Assembly: GCA_964494345.1 (NCBI GenBank)
Contig: CAZBSI010000001.1
Span: forward strand, 424,481-488,480
DNA: 64,000 nt
Direction of reading: 5' to 3'
DNA from: an uncultured bacterium
GTDB taxonomy: Bacteria; Armatimonadota; UBA5829
Every line of letters begins with the position of its first letter. Within the stretch, counting starts at the first letter, position 1. A program made the translations under genes and the position numbers. Below are positions 19,494 to 27,349 of the stretch, piece by piece. The notes beneath the pieces were generated by a model that made no database searches, was not told the origin of the DNA, and was given only the letters and a program-made list of their open reading frames with translations.

Positions 19494-20420
19494 TTACTCC
19501 TTAATAATCAACTCCGACACCTTTTCGGCGGTCACATCATCTACTTCCAGCCACCGGATTCTCTCATCTCGCATGAACCAGGTATACTGGCGTTTTGCAA
19601 ACCGCCTGGTGTTCCTTTTTAATAATTGTATGGCTTCCTGCTCAGTATATTCACCTCGTAAGAAACCCGCAATTTCTTTATACCCCACTCCCTGCATCGA
19701 CAGCATCCTGGGGTCTATGCCTCGATTAAGCAGTCCGAACACCTCATCTATCAGCCCGGCCGCCATCATCGCGTCTACTCTGTTCTCTATACGCTCATAC
19801 AGCCGCTGACGTTTCATTGTCAGACCGAACCACCGAGCACAATCGTATCCGCGGCGAGTTTTATTGTGCAATTCCGATGCAGGCGCGCCGCTCAGCTTAC
19901 ATATCTCAATCGCCCTTATCACTCTTTTAATATTATTCGGGTGTATCTGCTCTGCCGAAACAGGGTCTAATTGCTGAAGACGCCTGTGTAAATATTCATT
20001 TCCGTGTTTATGAGCTTGATCTTCCAGATCTTTTCTAAGTTCCTCGCTGCCTGCTGGAATATCTAAATCCAAACCATCGACTGCCGCCCGTACATACAAT
20101 CCGCTCCCGCCGACCAAAATTGCAGGAGGATTACGTTTTAGCACATCGTCAATGGCTTGCTGCGCCAGGCGCTGGAACTCGCCGACATTGAAGTCCTCAG
20201 ATGGGTCGACCACGTCGATTAGGTGAAACCGAGCCCTGCTCTGTTCCTCACGAGTAGGCTTCGCCGTCCCGACGTCCATGCCCACATAAACAGCCATCGA
20301 ATCAGCAGATATAATCTCTCCGCCGATTTTACAGGCAAGCTCAATCGCCACAGCCGTCTTACCGACTGCGGTAGGCCCAACGATGACTATTAGGTTATCG
20401 CACCGACCAGCGTTCTTCAA
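19494..20420 (-). CDS. miaA: tRNA dimethylallyltransferase
   Basis: GPTAVGKT P-loop, SADSMAVYVGMDVGTAKP, GGSGLY. TTG start. Confidence 0.93.
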   Translation of the reverse strand: MKNAGRCDNLIVIVGPTAVGKTAVAIELACKIGGEIISADSMAVYVGMDVGTAKPTREEQSRARFHLIDVVDPSEDFNVGEFQRLAQQAIDDVLKRNPPAILVGGSGLYVRAAVDGLDLDIPAGSEELRKDLEDQAHKHGNEYLHRRLQQLDPVSAEQIHPNNIKRVIRAIEICKLSGAPASELHNKTRRGYDCARWFGLTMKRQRLYERIENRVDAMMAAGLIDEVFGLLNRGIDPRMLSMQGVGYKEIAGFLRGEYTEQEAIQLLKRNTRRFAKRQYTWFMRDERIRWLEVDDVTAEKVSELIIKE

Positions 20421-20489
20421 CCACTAGAGTATACCACAATGCCTCTTTATATAGAAAATAGAAATATGAAGCGTGAGACCAGGTTTTAA

Positions 20490-20518
20490 TTGACACTTAG
20501 AAGTCTCCGTGATATACT
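20490..20518 (+). promoter_or_regulatory. Sigma70-like promoter of the tRNA cluster
   Basis: TTGACA, 17-nt spacer, TATACT. It ends 16 nt upstream of the first tRNA. Confidence 0.5.
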
Positions 20519-20534
20519 TTTTTGCAGTTGGCGC

Positions 20535-20610
20535 GCGCTTGTAGCTCAGGGGATAGAGCGAATGGTTGCGGACCATTAGGTCGGGGGTTCAATTCCCTCC
20601 AAGCGCGCCA
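20535..20610 (+). tRNA. tRNA-Arg (anticodon GCG)
   Basis: GCGCTTG-TA-GCTC-AGGGGATA-GAGC-G-AATGG-TTGCGGA-CCATT-AGGTC-GGGGG-TTCAATT-CCCTC-CAAGCGC-G-CCA. Regular 76-nt cloverleaf with an A in the D-loop at the Arg identity position. Confidence 0.85.
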
Positions 20611-20615
20611 TATTA

Positions 20616-20691
20616 GGCCGATTAGCTCAATGGATAGAGCGCCGCCGTCCTAAGGCGGGCGTTGGGGGTTCGATTCCCTCATCGGCCACCA
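20616..20691 (+). tRNA. tRNA-Arg (anticodon CCT)
   Basis: GGCCGAT-TA-GCTC-AATGGATA-GAGC-G-CCGCC-GTCCTAA-GGCGG-GCGTT-GGGGG-TTCGATT-CCCTC-ATCGGCC-A-CCA. Confidence 0.88.
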
Positions 20692-20697
20692 CGCGAC

Positions 20698-20741
20698 AGT
20701 CGGAAGTCGACGCAGAGTCGGGCTTCCGATTTTGAACTTTT
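20698..20741 (+). other. Terminator-like hairpin with T-tract inside the tRNA cluster
   Basis: 11-bp stem AGTCGGAAGTC / GGCTTCCGATT (two G.U pairs), 12-nt loop, followed by TTTGAACTTTT. It lies between tRNA-Arg(CCT) and tRNA-Ser. Confidence 0.3.
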
Positions 20742-20752
20742 GTGGTTTGCGC

Positions 20753-20840
<88 letters not shown>

Positions 20841-20946
20841 TGCTAATATTTCCTCTTTATTTTCTCACCTGTCTCTACCAGCCAATTATTATCCGCCATA
20901 TCAGTTATGTTGTCCTAACTATTGATCTTGGGAAATATTACACCTT

Positions 20947-21594
20947 ATGAATCGATGCGTAGGAATAATCTTGGTGGCAGGTCTTCTGATATCTGTAAAT
21001 ACGGCTGGTTTTTGCGCTGTTACTGGATTATTAATCATCCCTACAGCAGATACCGTGGGAGACGGCAACTATACTGGGGAATATCAGAAAGATAAGGTAA
21101 TAAGCGGCGCCACATCTGACGATACGCGCCTGAACAATGAATATGGCATTGGAGACCAAATAGAGGCTGGAGTGGATTATTCCATGCAAGGTCCGGACGC
21201 TTACAGTGCATTATACAATTTCAAATACACAGTTGCACAGTCTAAAAAGAGAGCCTTCAGAGCGGCTATTGGCTTGATGGAGATTACCAGTCGAGAAAAA
21301 CCCACAGTGTTTGCAGTGATCAGTATGAATACATCTGTGGGGCGTCTTCATTTTGGGTCGATGAGCGTAGAAGGCATCTTTTGTGGAGTTGTGGGGTTCG
21401 AACGAAGCATTGGAAATATTGTGCTTGAGTGCGATTATACCAGTGGAGGCGAAAATCCTGCATCGGCCGGGTTTGTGTATCAGCTTAACCCCACTTTCGG
21501 GATAGAAGCTGGCATGACTTTCGGCAGCAGGGATGTGGAAAAAGGTTTCACTGTCCATCTGGTTTGGAACAAGAATCTGAGACGCAATTCATGA
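20947..21594 (+). CDS. Secreted/outer-membrane hypothetical protein
   Basis: Signal peptide MNRCVGIILVAGLLISVNTAGFCA. 215 aa, Gly/Tyr-rich and beta-like. No family recognised. Confidence 0.5.
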   Translation: MNRCVGIILVAGLLISVNTAGFCAVTGLLIIPTADTVGDGNYTGEYQKDKVISGATSDDTRLNNEYGIGDQIEAGVDYSMQGPDAYSALYNFKYTVAQSKKRAFRAAIGLMEITSREKPTVFAVISMNTSVGRLHFGSMSVEGIFCGVVGFERSIGNIVLECDYTSGGENPASAGFVYQLNPTFGIEAGMTFGSRDVEKGFTVHLVWNKNLRRNS

Positions 21595-21638
21595 GTAGTC
21601 TCTGATGTTTGTCTGAGAATTTCTTGGCGGCAGATTCA

Positions 21639-21667
21639 TTGACAGCCTGCCGCAAGATGGTTAAAAT
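21639..21667 (+). promoter_or_regulatory. Sigma70-like promoter of the gap-pgk-tpiA operon
   Basis: TTGACA, 17-nt spacer, TAAAAT, about 105 nt upstream of the gap ATG. The -35 lies inside the inverted repeat GCGGCAG...CTGCCGC. Confidence 0.5.
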
Positions 21668-21773
21668 GTACTGGTTTTTGAACAGCTCGACGCGGTAGTC
21701 GGGCTATTTTGCTGTAATGCTTGAGGTCTGGCCGCTGCGGCCGCCAAGCCAATACATAGGAGGAATCACATAA

Positions 21774-22787
21774 ATGTCGGTAAAAGTCGGTATCAACGGA
21801 TTCGGCAGAATCGGTCGCCTTTCCCTGCGCTCTATGCTGCAGAAGTATGCCAACGAGATCGAAGTGGTCGCCATCAACGACCTGTTCGATTCCAAGACCA
21901 ACGCTCACCTTTTCAAATATGACACCAACTACGGTGTATGGCCGGGCGAAGTCAAGGCCGAAGAGGGCGCAATCGTAATCGACGGCAAGAAAATTGCTGT
22001 CTATGCAGAGAGAGATCCTGGTGCTATCCCGTGGCAGAAGCACGGTGTTGATGTTGTGGTAGAAGCCACTGGTATTTTCACTGATGCAGAGAAAGCCAAG
22101 GCGCACATCCACGACAGCGTCAAGAAAGTCATCATCTCCGCTCCGGCGAAGAACGAAGACATTACCATTGTGCTCGGCGTTAACGAGAAAGATTATGATC
22201 CTGCAAAGCACAATATTATCTCCAACGCAAGCTGCACCACCAACTGCCTTGCTCCGTTCGCAAAAGTGCTGCAGGACAATTGGGGCATTGAGGGCGGTTT
22301 CATGACCACCGTGCATGCCTATACCAACGATCAGAAGACCGCAGACCAGGCCCACAAGGACCTTCGAAGGGCCCGTGCCGCTGCTGCCAATATCATCCCG
22401 ACCACGACTGGCGCCGCTAAGGCAATCGCGCTGGTTATCCCTGAGCTTAAGGGCAAGATGCACGGCTACGCGCTGCGTGTGCCGACCACCACGGTCTCTT
22501 GCGTAGACCTCACGGTCAATCTGTCAAAGCCGGCCACAGTCGAAGAGATCAACGCCGCTATGAAGAAGGCCGCCGAGACCACAATGAAGGGCATTCTTGG
22601 CTACACCGAGGACCCGGTTGTCTCCTCGGACTTCAAGGGCGACGGCAACAGCTCGATCTTCGATGGCCTTTGCACTATGATGCTTGGCGATAAGTTCGCC
22701 AAGGTAGTGAGCTGGTATGACAACGAGTGGGCTTACTCCGAGAGAGTCGGCGACCTCATCGATCTTATGGTGAAGAAGGGTCTGTAA
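21774..22787 (+). CDS. gap: Glyceraldehyde-3-phosphate dehydrogenase (type I)
   Basis: [21 protein letters not shown] active site, [17 protein letters not shown]. Confidence 0.96.
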   Translation: MSVKVGINGFGRIGRLSLRSMLQKYANEIEVVAINDLFDSKTNAHLFKYDTNYGVWPGEVKAEEGAIVIDGKKIAVYAERDPGAIPWQKHGVDVVVEATGIFTDAEKAKAHIHDSVKKVIISAPAKNEDITIVLGVNEKDYDPAKHNIISNASCTTNCLAPFAKVLQDNWGIEGGFMTTVHAYTNDQKTADQAHKDLRRARAAAANIIPTTTGAAKAIALVIPELKGKMHGYALRVPTTTVSCVDLTVNLSKPATVEEINAAMKKAAETTMKGILGYTEDPVVSSDFKGDGNSSIFDGLCTMMLGDKFAKVVSWYDNEWAYSERVGDLIDLMVKKGL

Positions 22788-22788
22788 G

Positions 22789-24024
22789 ATGAATAAGAAG
22801 ACCGTAAAGGATATCGACGTTCGTGGGAAACGCGTGTTGGTCCGGGTGGACTTCAACGTCCCACTTGATGCCGATCGCAACATTACCGATGATCGCCGTA
22901 TCGTTGCGGCGCTTCCGACCATCAAATACCTTTTAGATAATGGGGCCAGGGTGATCCTTGTGACTCACCTTGGCCGCCCTAAGGCCGACGATTCCGGTAA
23001 AGCCGATGCGGCCTCTGTCGCCAAGTTCAACCTGGACCCTGTCGCGGCTGCTCTGCAGAAACTACTCGGCAAGTCCGTGACTAAAATTGACGATTGCATC
23101 GGCGACGCCGCTCAGGCTGCGGCTATGAGCCTCAAGGACGGGGATGTGCTGCTGCTGGAAAACGTTCGATTCTACAAAGCAGAGCAGAAAAATGACCCGG
23201 AGTTTGCCGAGAAGTTGGCGAGTCTCGCTGAGTTGTATGTCAACGACGCTTTCGGGACCGCCCACAGAGCGCACGCTTCCACCGAGGGAGTTACCAAATA
23301 CCTGCCAGGAGTCGCCGGATTCCTGATGGAGAAGGAGCTGGACTACCTCGGCAAGGCTATGGAGAATCCAGAGCGCCCGTTCCTTGCTATTCTCGGCGGG
23401 GTGAAGGTGTCGGATAAGATTCCAGTCATCGACAACCTTTTGAACAAAGTCGATCAGTTGATTATCGGCGGGGCTATGGCCTATACGTTCTTCAGCGCGC
23501 AGGGGCTTAGTGTTGGCAACTCGATGGTCGACCAGGCCGGCCTGGAATTGGCCAAAGCAGCTCTTCAAAAGGCCAGGGATCGCGGAATCGAACTTCTCTT
23601 GCCTGTGGACACAGTCGAAGTTGAGCTTGCTGCGGATTTCGACATTCCTTCGGGAGTGCCGCAGGATGCAACCATAACGACGGCCCCGGCCAATGCTATG
23701 CTCGATGGCTACAGAGGTCTGGACATCGGCCCTGAAACGATCAAGCTCTTTAGCGAGAAGATCAAGGCTGCCAGGACTGTGGTTTGGAACGGCCCGATGG
23801 GCGTATTTGAGGATCCGAGGTTTGCCAACGGCACACTTGGCATCGCTGAGGCTATGGCTGAATGTGCGGGGACTACTATCGTCGGTGGCGGAGATTCGGC
23901 AGCGGCGGTAGAGCAGTTGGGATTCGCAAGCAAAATTGATCACGTTTCAACGGGCGGAGGCGCTTCACTGGAGTTCCTCGAGGGTAAGGAACTGCCGGGT
24001 GTCGTTTGTCTGCAGGATAAGTGA
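22789..24024 (+). CDS. pgk: Phosphoglycerate kinase
   Basis: [29 protein letters not shown]. Starts 1 nt after the gap stop. Confidence 0.96.
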   Translation: MNKKTVKDIDVRGKRVLVRVDFNVPLDADRNITDDRRIVAALPTIKYLLDNGARVILVTHLGRPKADDSGKADAASVAKFNLDPVAAALQKLLGKSVTKIDDCIGDAAQAAAMSLKDGDVLLLENVRFYKAEQKNDPEFAEKLASLAELYVNDAFGTAHRAHASTEGVTKYLPGVAGFLMEKELDYLGKAMENPERPFLAILGGVKVSDKIPVIDNLLNKVDQLIIGGAMAYTFFSAQGLSVGNSMVDQAGLELAKAALQKARDRGIELLLPVDTVEVELAADFDIPSGVPQDATITTAPANAMLDGYRGLDIGPETIKLFSEKIKAARTVVWNGPMGVFEDPRFANGTLGIAEAMAECAGTTIVGGGDSAAAVEQLGFASKIDHVSTGGGASLEFLEGKELPGVVCLQDK

Positions 24025-24027
24025 GTA

Positions 24028-24345
24028 ATGCCGTACTGTCCAAAGTGCAAGTCTGAGTACGGGCCAGGCATTAAGACCTGTCCTGACTGTGATGTGCAAC
24101 TTGTCGACGAGCTTTCGAAGCCTAGTAGCCGGGACACTGAGTTGGTCGTCGTTGGCGCCTATCCATTCGAGTCTATCGCCCAGCAAGCTAAGCTCTTGCT
24201 TGAATCAAATGGTATTGAGACCGTGCTCTCAAATGAGATTATGGCTCAGATCGATATTATCTTTGTGTTTGCAGACGGCGGAGTCAAGGTGCTCGTGCGC
24301 GGGGAAGACGCCCAGCGGGCGAAAGAGATACTGGCTGAGCTCTAG
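24028..24345 (+). CDS. Zinc-ribbon plus DUF2007-like (putative signal-transducing) small protein
   Basis: MPYCPKCKSEY...CPDCDVQL zinc ribbon, then a ferredoxin-like segment (AQQAKLLLESNGIETVL...VKVLVRGEDAQRAKEIL). Starts 3 nt after the pgk stop. Confidence 0.55.
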   Translation: MPYCPKCKSEYGPGIKTCPDCDVQLVDELSKPSSRDTELVVVGAYPFESIAQQAKLLLESNGIETVLSNEIMAQIDIIFVFADGGVKVLVRGEDAQRAKEILAEL

Positions 24346-24453
24346 AGTTACACCATTATGGGCATCGACATCCGCCTGTTCCTTTTACGCGCGCAAATGG
24401 GCGGTAGCACAAAGTGTCTGGGACGAGCTCAAGAAGCTTTTAGAGGAGAACTA

Positions 24454-25254
24454 ATGTCAAGGAAACCATTCATAGCCGGAAACTGGAAGATGAACAAGAC
24501 CATCGCCGAGGGTGTCGCTCTCGCCAACGAGCTGAAGGGCCTGATCGCGGGTGTCGAGGACGTGGACGTGGCCGTCTGCCCGACCTTTGTGGCGCTGGCG
24601 GCGGTCGGCGAGGCGATTAAGGGCAGTAATATTATGCTCGGCGGCCAGAATACGTTCTGGAAGGAATCTGGCGCGTGGACGAGCCAGGTTTCGCCGCAGA
24701 TGCTGCTGGACGCAGGCTGCCAGTGGGTGATTGTTGGTCACTCAGAGACCAGGGGCCGATTTGGAACCGTCGATGACGAACTCGCTGGAGTCCTTTCGTA
24801 TTTCGGCGACAACGATACCACGGTTAATATGAAGGCTAAGTACGCATTCGCGTGTGGATTGCTGCCGATTATCGCCTGTGGAGAACTCCTTTCCGAGCGA
24901 GAGGCCGGCAAGACCGATGAGGTTATCACCGCACAGATGAAAGTCTGCCTTGATGGATTTACCAAAGAGCAGGCTATGAAGATGGTGATAGCATACGAGC
25001 CGGTGTGGGCGATTGGCACGGGCCAGGTCTGTGAATCCGACGAGGCTGATCGGGTTTGCGGTTTGATTCGCGGTATTGTCAAGGAAATGTATGGCGAAGA
25101 CGTAGCCGAAGCCGTTCGCATTCAATACGGCGGCAGCGTCAACGACAAGAACGCGGCCGAATTGCTTGCTAAGCCGAATATCGACGGCGCATTGGTTGGC
25201 GGAGCGGCGTTGAAAGCAGACGCTTTCGCCACTATTATCAAAGCAGCAAAGTAA
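24454..25254 (+). CDS. tpiA: Triosephosphate isomerase
   Basis: MSRKPFIAGNWKMNK, VGHSETR, AYEPVWAIGTG. ATG 24454 has GAGGAG 4 nt upstream; the ORF-track start at 24358 adds a non-homologous extension. Confidence 0.95.
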   Translation: MSRKPFIAGNWKMNKTIAEGVALANELKGLIAGVEDVDVAVCPTFVALAAVGEAIKGSNIMLGGQNTFWKESGAWTSQVSPQMLLDAGCQWVIVGHSETRGRFGTVDDELAGVLSYFGDNDTTVNMKAKYAFACGLLPIIACGELLSEREAGKTDEVITAQMKVCLDGFTKEQAMKMVIAYEPVWAIGTGQVCESDEADRVCGLIRGIVKEMYGEDVAEAVRIQYGGSVNDKNAAELLAKPNIDGALVGGAALKADAFATIIKAAK

Positions 25255-25330
25255 TAGAACCTACAAATAGAATCACAGGGGCGGGCGAAAGCTCGCCCTT
25301 ACACATATCATAACTATGGAGGAGCACATT

Positions 25331-25615
25331 ATGCTGAAACCGATTGGGGATAAGATCGTTGCCAAAGCCATTTCTGCTGAAGAAGTGTCGCCGGGAGGAA
25401 TCGTGCTGCCGGAGAGCGCCCAGGAGAAACCGCTTGAGGGCGAAGTGCTCGCCGTAGGCCCCGGCCAGCAGCTTGAATCTGGCGAATACAGGCCCATTGA
25501 CGTAAAGGTCGGCGATAAGGTCATATACGGAAAGTATGCCGGCACCGAGGTCAAACTTGGCTCAGAAGAATACATCATACTGCGGCAGGACGATATCCTG
25601 GCCATCATCGAATAG
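25331..25615 (+). CDS. groES: Co-chaperonin GroES
   Basis: MLKPIGDKIVAK...GGIVLPESAQEKPLEGEVLAVGPG...VIYGKYAGTEV. GGAGG lies 8 nt upstream of ATG 25331. Confidence 0.93.
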   Translation: MLKPIGDKIVAKAISAEEVSPGGIVLPESAQEKPLEGEVLAVGPGQQLESGEYRPIDVKVGDKVIYGKYAGTEVKLGSEEYIILRQDDILAIIE

Positions 25616-25702
25616 CATACGGCTTGAAACTACATAAGTCTGAAATTGACAAGCTATCACGTGACTGATAGACTTGAAATGACGGCTGTCTGTGTGAGCT
25701 CT

Positions 25703-26584
25703 ATGAGTAAGATCACATTATATTCCCACGCCAAAATCAACCTGAGCCTTGATGTATCTGCGATACGTGAAGATGGATTTCACGATATAGAAAGTGTGGT
25801 TCAGGTAATCGATGTCACCGATGAATTGGAGCTTAGCAAGAACGATTCCGGCGCAATCGAGGTTTTGGTAGAGCGTGGAGATGCGCCGTCAGGGCCCGAT
25901 AATTTAGTGCACAAAGCCTGTGAAGCGTTTTTCGCAACGACAGGAATCAAAGCAGGTGTGCAGGTTCGCTTATGGAAGTACATACCCGCACAAGCCGGAC
26001 TGGGCGGCGGCAGTGGCAATGCAGCGGCTGCAGTGGCTGGCCTGAATCAGGTATATGATTGTGGGCTAAGCGCTTCTCAATTGGCCGAAATTGCATCGAA
26101 AGTGGGTTCTGACACGGCGTTATTCATATATGGTGGAACCACTTGTATTAGCGGGCGTGGAGAGTTTGTAGAACCGTTGCCGGATGCGCCTGAATTGCAC
26201 CTTGTGATACTAAAACCCGCAGTCGGCGTGTCGACAAAGTGGGCATACGCGGAAATGGATCGTGATTCGCAAAGGCGCAAAGGGAACAGCACCAGCCGGG
26301 TTAAGAAAGCCATACTGGATGCGGATTACGATGCCGTGTTCGCCGCCCTTAGCAACGATTTTGACGCTGTGGTTTCCAGACACTTCGCGGAGATAAACGA
26401 AGCTAAATCGTTATTAAAAAACACGGGCGCAAAAGTGTCGCTGCTGTGTGGTTCTGGGTCGGCGGTTTATGGCGTATTCGATTCCCACGGGGCTGCTGAA
26501 TCTGCACGACAAGAATTGAAATCAAAATATGAATCCGGCTTCGTCTGCCGGTCGCTGACTCGCGCGGAATCAGCATTGGTGTAA
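25703..26584 (+). CDS. ispE: 4-diphosphocytidyl-2-C-methyl-D-erythritol kinase
   Basis: AKINLSLDV, KYIPAQAGLGGGSGNAAA (GHMP kinase motif). The internal ATG at 25703 fits homologue N-termini. Confidence 0.9.
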   Translation: MSKITLYSHAKINLSLDVSAIREDGFHDIESVVQVIDVTDELELSKNDSGAIEVLVERGDAPSGPDNLVHKACEAFFATTGIKAGVQVRLWKYIPAQAGLGGGSGNAAAAVAGLNQVYDCGLSASQLAEIASKVGSDTALFIYGGTTCISGRGEFVEPLPDAPELHLVILKPAVGVSTKWAYAEMDRDSQRRKGNSTSRVKKAILDADYDAVFAALSNDFDAVVSRHFAEINEAKSLLKNTGAKVSLLCGSGSAVYGVFDSHGAAESARQELKSKYESGFVCRSLTRAESALV

Positions 26585-26588
26585 CATA

Positions 26589-27341
26589 TTGAGTAAGCTG
26601 GACGTTGTTATATTAGCAGGTGCGCCTGCCGGGCCGGAATTAAGCCCCGATGCGCCTGAGCTGAACAAGGCGATGCTGAATCTGGGCAGCAAGACGATGC
26701 TGCAGTGGATTGTTGATGCGCTTAAAGGGGCATCTTCTACGGGAAGAATAGTTGCGGTTGGGGATGTTCGAGCAGAGGGTCTTGACGAGGTAGTTGAGCC
26801 TGCGGGAAATCTGATTGATAATGTTAAACTGGGTATAAATACAGCCGACTCGGAGCCTGTATTAGTCGTCTGTTCAGATATTCCCCTGCTAACGCCGAAG
26901 GCTATCGACGATTTCGCCACGAGGGCGCCTAAAGACGCAGGGTTAGTATATCCCATAATACGCAAGGAGGCGTGCGGCAAGCACCCCGAATTGAAGCGAA
27001 CTTATCTGAAGACAGCCGATGGCGTATTCACCGGCGGCAATATGATGCTGTTGAGCCGAGATTTTGTCGATAGAAACTGGAAGACTATTCAGGGCGCTTA
27101 TGAAGCAAGAAAAAAGCCTGTCGAGCTTGCAAAAATGATCGGAATCGGAGTCTTGCTGAGGGTAATATTGGCGCAGGCGTTTCCCAATGTGTTAAAAGTT
27201 GCCTATCTTGAACGAACAATTTCGAGGATGCTGGGCGGTAAAGTAGCCGCGGTGTGCAGCGAATATCCCGAAATCGGCGAGGATGTGGACAAGGCCTCCG
27301 ATTTGGAAGCTGTAAGAAAAATCCTGTGTATCGACACTTGA
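26589..27341 (+). CDS. MobA-like NTP-transferase-fold protein of unknown specificity
   Basis: VVILAGAP...KAML...GKTMLQW and VVCSDIPLL resemble GT-A nucleotidyltransferases, but the usual G-x-G-x-R loop is missing. TTG start. Confidence 0.55.
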   Translation: MSKLDVVILAGAPAGPELSPDAPELNKAMLNLGSKTMLQWIVDALKGASSTGRIVAVGDVRAEGLDEVVEPAGNLIDNVKLGINTADSEPVLVVCSDIPLLTPKAIDDFATRAPKDAGLVYPIIRKEACGKHPELKRTYLKTADGVFTGGNMMLLSRDFVDRNWKTIQGAYEARKKPVELAKMIGIGVLLRVILAQAFPNVLKVAYLERTISRMLGGKVAAVCSEYPEIGEDVDKASDLEAVRKILCIDT

Positions 27342-27349
27342 GCATAAAT

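Noticed and set aside
20841-21594. An AT-richer stretch and a hypothetical secreted-protein gene directly downstream of the tRNA cluster, considered as a possible genomic islet integrated at tRNA-Ser.
   Set aside because: No integrase, no direct repeat of the tRNA-Ser 3' end downstream, only one gene, and a normal housekeeping promoter and gene (gap) follows immediately.
21636-22463. 275-aa ORF antisense to gap. Similar long antisense ORFs lie opposite pgk (23062-23943), the fucose-isomerase-like gene (48835-49536), trpB2 (53955-54662), the propeller gene (42041-42667), hflX (16596-17201), dapF (18676-19317), the anti-sigma gene (6619-7218), the Pro-rich gene (47228-47980), the GT4 and glycosidase-like genes (59831-60382, 61527-62102) and the receiver gene (62317-62934).
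   Set aside because: Each lies fully inside a gene with clear family motifs on the other strand. Their products are low-complexity (Arg/Ser/Pro/His-rich) with no SD or recognisable motifs. This is typical of open antisense frames in moderately GC-rich coding DNA.
24358-24453. N-terminally extended ORF-track starts for tpiA (24358), ispE (25646), dxs (27254), the KGG protein (50887), the fruK-like gene (51253), folP (58295), tyrS (13284), the Pro-rich protein (48091) and the fucose-isomerase-like gene (48148).
   Set aside because: The extensions lack an SD and do not match family N-termini, and they overlap upstream genes or promoters. Internal starts with good SD sites were preferred.
25255-25330. 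Looked for a CIRCE (HrcA) operator upstream of groES.
   Set aside because: The spacer contains only the tpiA terminator-like hairpin (GGGCGGGC-GAAA-GCTCGCCC) and the SD. There is no TTAGCACTC-N9-GAGTGCTAA-like element.
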